Assembly (NCBI GenBank): GCA_964016885.1
Contig: CAXHJY010000593.1
Location: 124,001 to 188,000 of the forward strand
Source: Eledone cirrhosa
Taxonomy: Eukaryota
Direction of reading: 5' to 3'
DNA length: 64,000 bases
Below are positions 58,900 to 64,000 of this stretch, piece by piece (position 1 is the first letter of the stretch; every line of letters starts with the position of its first letter). The notes below the pieces were generated by a model that was not told the origin of the DNA, ran no database searches, and saw only the letters and a program-made list of their open reading frames with translations. The position numbers were made by a program, and so were the translations under genes.

Positions 58900-59350
58900 C
58901 AAAACATTGGTTGCTTCCCTCGGCCTGGATACATTAAAGCTCTGACACCCACAAAAGTATTAATCATCTTTCCAACAACAACCCTAAGCACCTTTTTGAA
59001 TTCCATGTGTCTAACATCTGTGGAGATGCTTACAAAATCAGAAAACAGCACAGCTCCCATGACTTTCAAAAACATTTTTCATACTCTGAGTTGCTGGAAC
59101 AAACTACCTGCATCAGTTGTTAGCTGTCAAGACACTGCAGCCTTCAAAACTTCTATGTTTTTTTAAATTCGCCAACACTACACCTGATATTCCTCCTCCA
59201 TACACATGCACCCATATGTCTGTGTGTATATCATGATTCATATAGATCACTCTCCTGTCATTTGTACATTATTCTATGTACTATACATGCACCTTTGATG
59301 AGTTGTAGTGCACCTGAGCACTGTACACAATAGTTTTCATCATTTATTAT
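58900..59350 (+). mobile_element. CR1-type LINE 3' fragment
   Basis: AYKIRKQHSSHDFQKHF..WNKLPASVVSCQDTAAFKTSM, then a short 3'UTR. Confidence 0.75.
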
Positions 59351-59962
59351 CATACAAGACAAACAACTGCTCTGGTGTAGACATATTGATCCATACTAAG
59401 ATCAAATCTCAAGATGCTTGCCCTCACAGCCAAGAAAAATTGCAATATGTTCAACTACAACCCTATACAACCATTATTGGCATGGGAAAATGAACAGCAA
59501 AAAAAGTGCTGATTATAATAAAACCACAACTTTTGTTTTAGTGGCAGAAAGAGTAGTTTTGTAGATTGAATTCCTTGCAGTATTTAATTAATGTAGCAAA
59601 TGTAGCATTTGTTTTACAGTTGGATGTTCATACAGTCACTGACCACTCAAGTATGAAGTTAGAGTTGAACAATGTCAATCAGGCAAATTAAAGCAGACTG
59701 TGCTTTGCATATAGATCCATCATGATTGAATTGAGTTTGGGTCCGTGTGGTCAAATAGTCCAGCAAATTAATCTCACAGCTATTGTCAATCAATTGGTAA
59801 TAATATTTTATCAAAGCTTATGAGCTTCTAGAATCACATTCGCTATACTTGGTCAAATTTTCTCATATCCAACATTCCAAGCTTCAGAATATTTCTTCCA
59901 CTCTTATTCTACTTTCTTTCCAATGTTCTTCCTTATACCAGCCAACCCCCTCTCTCTCTCTT

Positions 59963-60016
<54 letters not shown>

Positions 60017-61607
60017 TCTGCCGGGACTGTCTTGGCTGTTTAAATAAAGCAAGAGACCTACAACTAAGCATCAGTTTTATGAATGAATAATATTGTGAGT
60101 TCAAATCCTCTGCTTCTGCAGCTATGATGTGCTTTTAGATAGAACACTTTATTCTACATTGCATTAGTTCACTTAGTTTTTAGGTATAAGGACCAGACCA
60201 TTTGGAAAGAATGTTATTTGTAATAGACTAGGAGATTTAACTTCCATCCAATTAAGTCCCTGAAACTAGAGCTTGGTACCAGTTCTTGAGAGTCTCTTGA
60301 GGATTGAGAGACATTTACATTGCTAGCCTTTTGTGAAGGAGTGGGGAAGGTGTAAGCTGCTCAGGGTCAACTTATATTGCTTTGTTGTTGCTGTTATTGT
60401 TATCATTGCCTTATCTCTATTACATCATTGACTGACCTATTTACCCATTTCTGTAACTTCTCACCTCATAATATAAATAGCCTTTTGCAAACATTGTTTA
60501 CAACAAAGCATGAACCAAGAAAATTATTATCTAAAAAGAAAAAAATATAAATAAAGTGTTCTCAATGTTCAGTCAGACAGACCTATAATCAAAGGTATTG
60601 AAATGTGGTAGTGCTGGTGCCACAATAAAATCTATCCATCCTACTCTGTGAAGTGGTACTGGGGGTTCAATAGAATATGAACCCAGCACATGCCATGAAG
60701 TTGTTGGTGTTAAGAAAGACATCCAGCCATAGAAGTCATCCCAGAATAGAACATATGAGTGAGACACAGTCATCTGACTTGCCTACCCACAGAACATGAC
60801 AACTTGTCTAACACATGCAAGCATAAAAAATAGATGTAAAATAGTAATGATGATGATGATATAAGGTGGTTGTTCTGGTGCCACAACAAAAAGCACCTAG
60901 GCCATGCTGTAAGGGTAAAATGCTCCCAGTATATTCTGTAAAGTAGTTAGTGTTAGAAAGGGCATCCAGCCATAAAAACCAAGCCAGAACAAAGCTTATA
61001 AGCAGGACCTAGTCACCTGACCAGTCTGGCTTCAGCACATGATTGCTATCAAACCCATCAAACATGGAAAATAGATGTTAAATAGTGAAATTATTTCATA
61101 AGGTAGTATAGTATATAGTAGCTTGACTGATCATTCAACTAAACAGATTGCTGGATTCTAGTTACATCCATTATCTCTAAGAATTCAAATTTTGCAAGGC
61201 TGATTTTTGTCTTTCATTCCTTTGGTGTAGATAAAATAAGTACCATTTATATACTGGTTAAATTTAATCGAATATACTTCTATAATTTTTGGTTTTATGC
61301 CAGTGTAAGAAATCATTCTTATTGGCTATCTTCACAATTATCTTCTATGAACTTTATTTTATTGAAATTATCAATCATCCCTACATGACCACAAATATCT
61401 ACCACCCAATTTAAATGTTTAGCTTTATTGTTTTGTGGTGAGATGCATTGTCCTTGTGCAAAGGACAAAGATACTGCTGTTTACAAATAACAATTGACCA
61501 GAGACCATTGCATGCTTTTCTTTTTAATCTCATTTTTATTTTTTTATGTTTTATTAATTGTTTAATCTTTTCTACAAATTAAGATGTATTTATCAAAATT
61601 TGTATAA

Positions 61608-61921
61608 CCCTTTAATTACCAACCTGGCCAAAACTGGCTTGGATTCTATGAAATAAAACCACCCATTTTAAAGGTTTCTAATTTAAATTAAAATCTTCCA
61701 GCATAATTTTATATTAAGTTATCTTAGAAATGAAATAATAAAATAATTTTAGTAAATCCCTTGAAATTCTTCATGAATTAATTAAAATAGAGTGTATTTC
61801 ATTAGAAATGTGGTCATGAAAGGACTATAATTAAAAGAGAGTATATTTCATTAGAAATGTGGTCGTGAAAGGGTTATAATTAAAATAGAGTGTATTCATT
61901 AGAAATGTGGTTGTGAAAGGG
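61608..61921 (+). mobile_element. TTAA-type MITE with a triplicated ~44-bp terminal segment
   Basis: ataa|cccttt ... aaaggg|ttaa, with cattagaaatgtggtYRtgaaagg x3. Confidence 0.7.
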
Positions 61922-64000
61922 TTAAAACATTTCTATCTATATTAGAAGTATGAAAAATAAAGAAAATATTCATGGTGATAATGAAGGAGAGTCAAAGTGC
62001 TTTTGTTCCTAGAGATCCTAGCCTGCTTTAAAATGATAGTAGCTCCATATTAAACTTTAGACTAATAGGCCTTGAAGACATTACTTCACAAGGTGTAACA
62101 TCAATAATTGAGATTTCTTATTATCACAAACACCTTATTATTGACATTCAATACTCTAAATTCCTTTCCCATCTGAAATAATTTCAGGTTGGATATTACA
62201 ACATCAAGATTTAATCACATATCTCCCACCTTTTAGGATAATTCTAGTATCATGAATTTAACCATTCAATGATGAGTTGAATGGTAGGGGAAATGAGTTT
62301 GTTATTGAAATGGAATAGATGGTCATAATAGTTGTAATTGTCTATCTAAAAGAATATGTTTTACCAACTATAGAATAAAGTTATTCTCTTCTGAATTGGA
62401 GATCAATTTAGATTATAGAAAATTGAATTCCTTACATAAAAATAAGATAGGTAATATCTGCCAAATTTTTTCTCAAACTGATACCATATGCAATTGTCAT
62501 AAGATTTGCAAAACTAGCTTTGTTGAAATTCATAAAAATATAAAACCAAAAGAGTTTGGAGGTGTCCAAAACATTCAACTTTTTCATTTGTCACAGCAAC
62601 TAAACTTATTGACACCTACAAACTCTCTATGTATTTTTACCACTAATTCTAATGCAGACCCTCAACATTTTTCCTAGATTTCAGACTTTACCATTTCAAA
62701 CAGATATAGTGTGAGTGAAGAAATGGGTAACTATTTTCACAAAGAAACCTGTTATAGTATTATTGTCGCCAATGGCAACTAAAAATAATCTTCAAAGTAC
62801 AGAAAAACTAACATCACTATCACCAAAATCTCCAATCAATCACTAAAACTACCTGAAAAATAAAAACCAGCAATTATATTATTCATTTTCATTTCCATTC
62901 CTTAAGTCTTACAGTGTCATGAAAAACTATAATAGTTACAACCTGCTATAGTTGCATTAAACTATAAAGGTAAACAGCTTCAAGATTTCATTTATAATAA
63001 CAATTTATACATATTTAATAATAATTCTCCTGCATACTTTCATCCAGGAAATAGGTAATACAGTCTAACAGTTTCTTTCCTCCACCCTAATTTTAATTGA
63101 AAGATTCAAGGTGACCTCTGTAGTAGTCACAGTTTCCTTATAATGTTACAAATCAATGAAGCCTGTAAGCAATACAAGGATCTCAACAGAGAAAATTAAC
63201 AAGGCAGATGGAAACTAGCTTCAAATTTACTGTATTGGAAAACTAAATATTATTAATTATAGCTGTGAAGTTGGTCCACTCTTAAAGTCTATAAAGTGTC
63301 GCTTGCAAACATGAAACAACTATGCATAAGGCTACTACAGTTTCAGAACAACTTAATTCATGATTTAAGGAAGATTTTTCTGGCCAAAAGAATGGCTGAG
63401 GGAAAATTGAAAATGCATTCTTGTAGAGTTAATCTAGAAAATGTGAGAAATAACAAGAGCTAAACCTAGATGAATCATAGTGGAAAATATCATTTTCTAA
63501 AGTAGACAATAATACTTCATTAAATAAAGAATGAAATATCATTTAAAATATTAAAGGTAAATACAGTATAAACCATCTGAAAATTGGATCAGATTTGTTA
63601 ACAAACACTCTCAAACATCAAATAGATGAAATAAAAAAGTGAAAATATGAGCAAGTGAGCACACTGCTATGTGGTCACTCAGTCTGTTAGAAATATCAGC
63701 CAAATCTCCCTCATATCACATCCTACCATCTTAAAAAGAGAAGAACATATTGGCTAGTGTTGTCCTCAATAGACTATGCCTGGAATTGTCTCAGCTGCAG
63801 TGCTTTTGATCATAGGTCTGTTCAATGATAGCCGATCTAAGACTAAACAACAATAACTAAACAAATGGTTAAATGTCTTCAGCTGCATCAAACAAATTAT
63901 TAAACATTAAGCAACCTCATTAATTATCTTAATTAACATTTTAATTGCCTCTGATCTTCCAAATATTCCTTCATTGACGGAACCTGTTATTAGGAAAGTA

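Overview
AT-rich, repeat-dense eukaryotic DNA. The SINE, RTE and MITE families resemble those of cephalopods, probably Octopus; this is inferred from repeat content, not confirmed. There is no intact protein-coding gene, rRNA, real tRNA or CRISPR array, and the many long Tyr/Ile ORFs are translations of (TA)n microsatellite. The first ~13 kb is a (TA)n field packed with nested retroelement pieces: three 5'-truncated RTE LINEs with a PHD-like C4HC3 finger after the RT core, LINE tails, and several different Penelope-like termini. Those termini carry at least four distinct type I hammerhead ribozyme folds. One is a non-canonical CAGAAGA-core variant present on both strands of a 176-bp-arm palindrome, one has a ~116-nt stem II, and one sits in a 469-bp tandem unit. 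The rest looks intronic or intergenic: a decayed Penelope-like RT, a fourth RTE copy, Vingi-, CR1- and REL-type LINE fragments, tRNA-derived SINEs, hAT/Tigger/TTAA MITEs, 26-bp and 48-bp tandem arrays, and a few weak candidate host exons on the + strand. All folds and alignments were made by eye.
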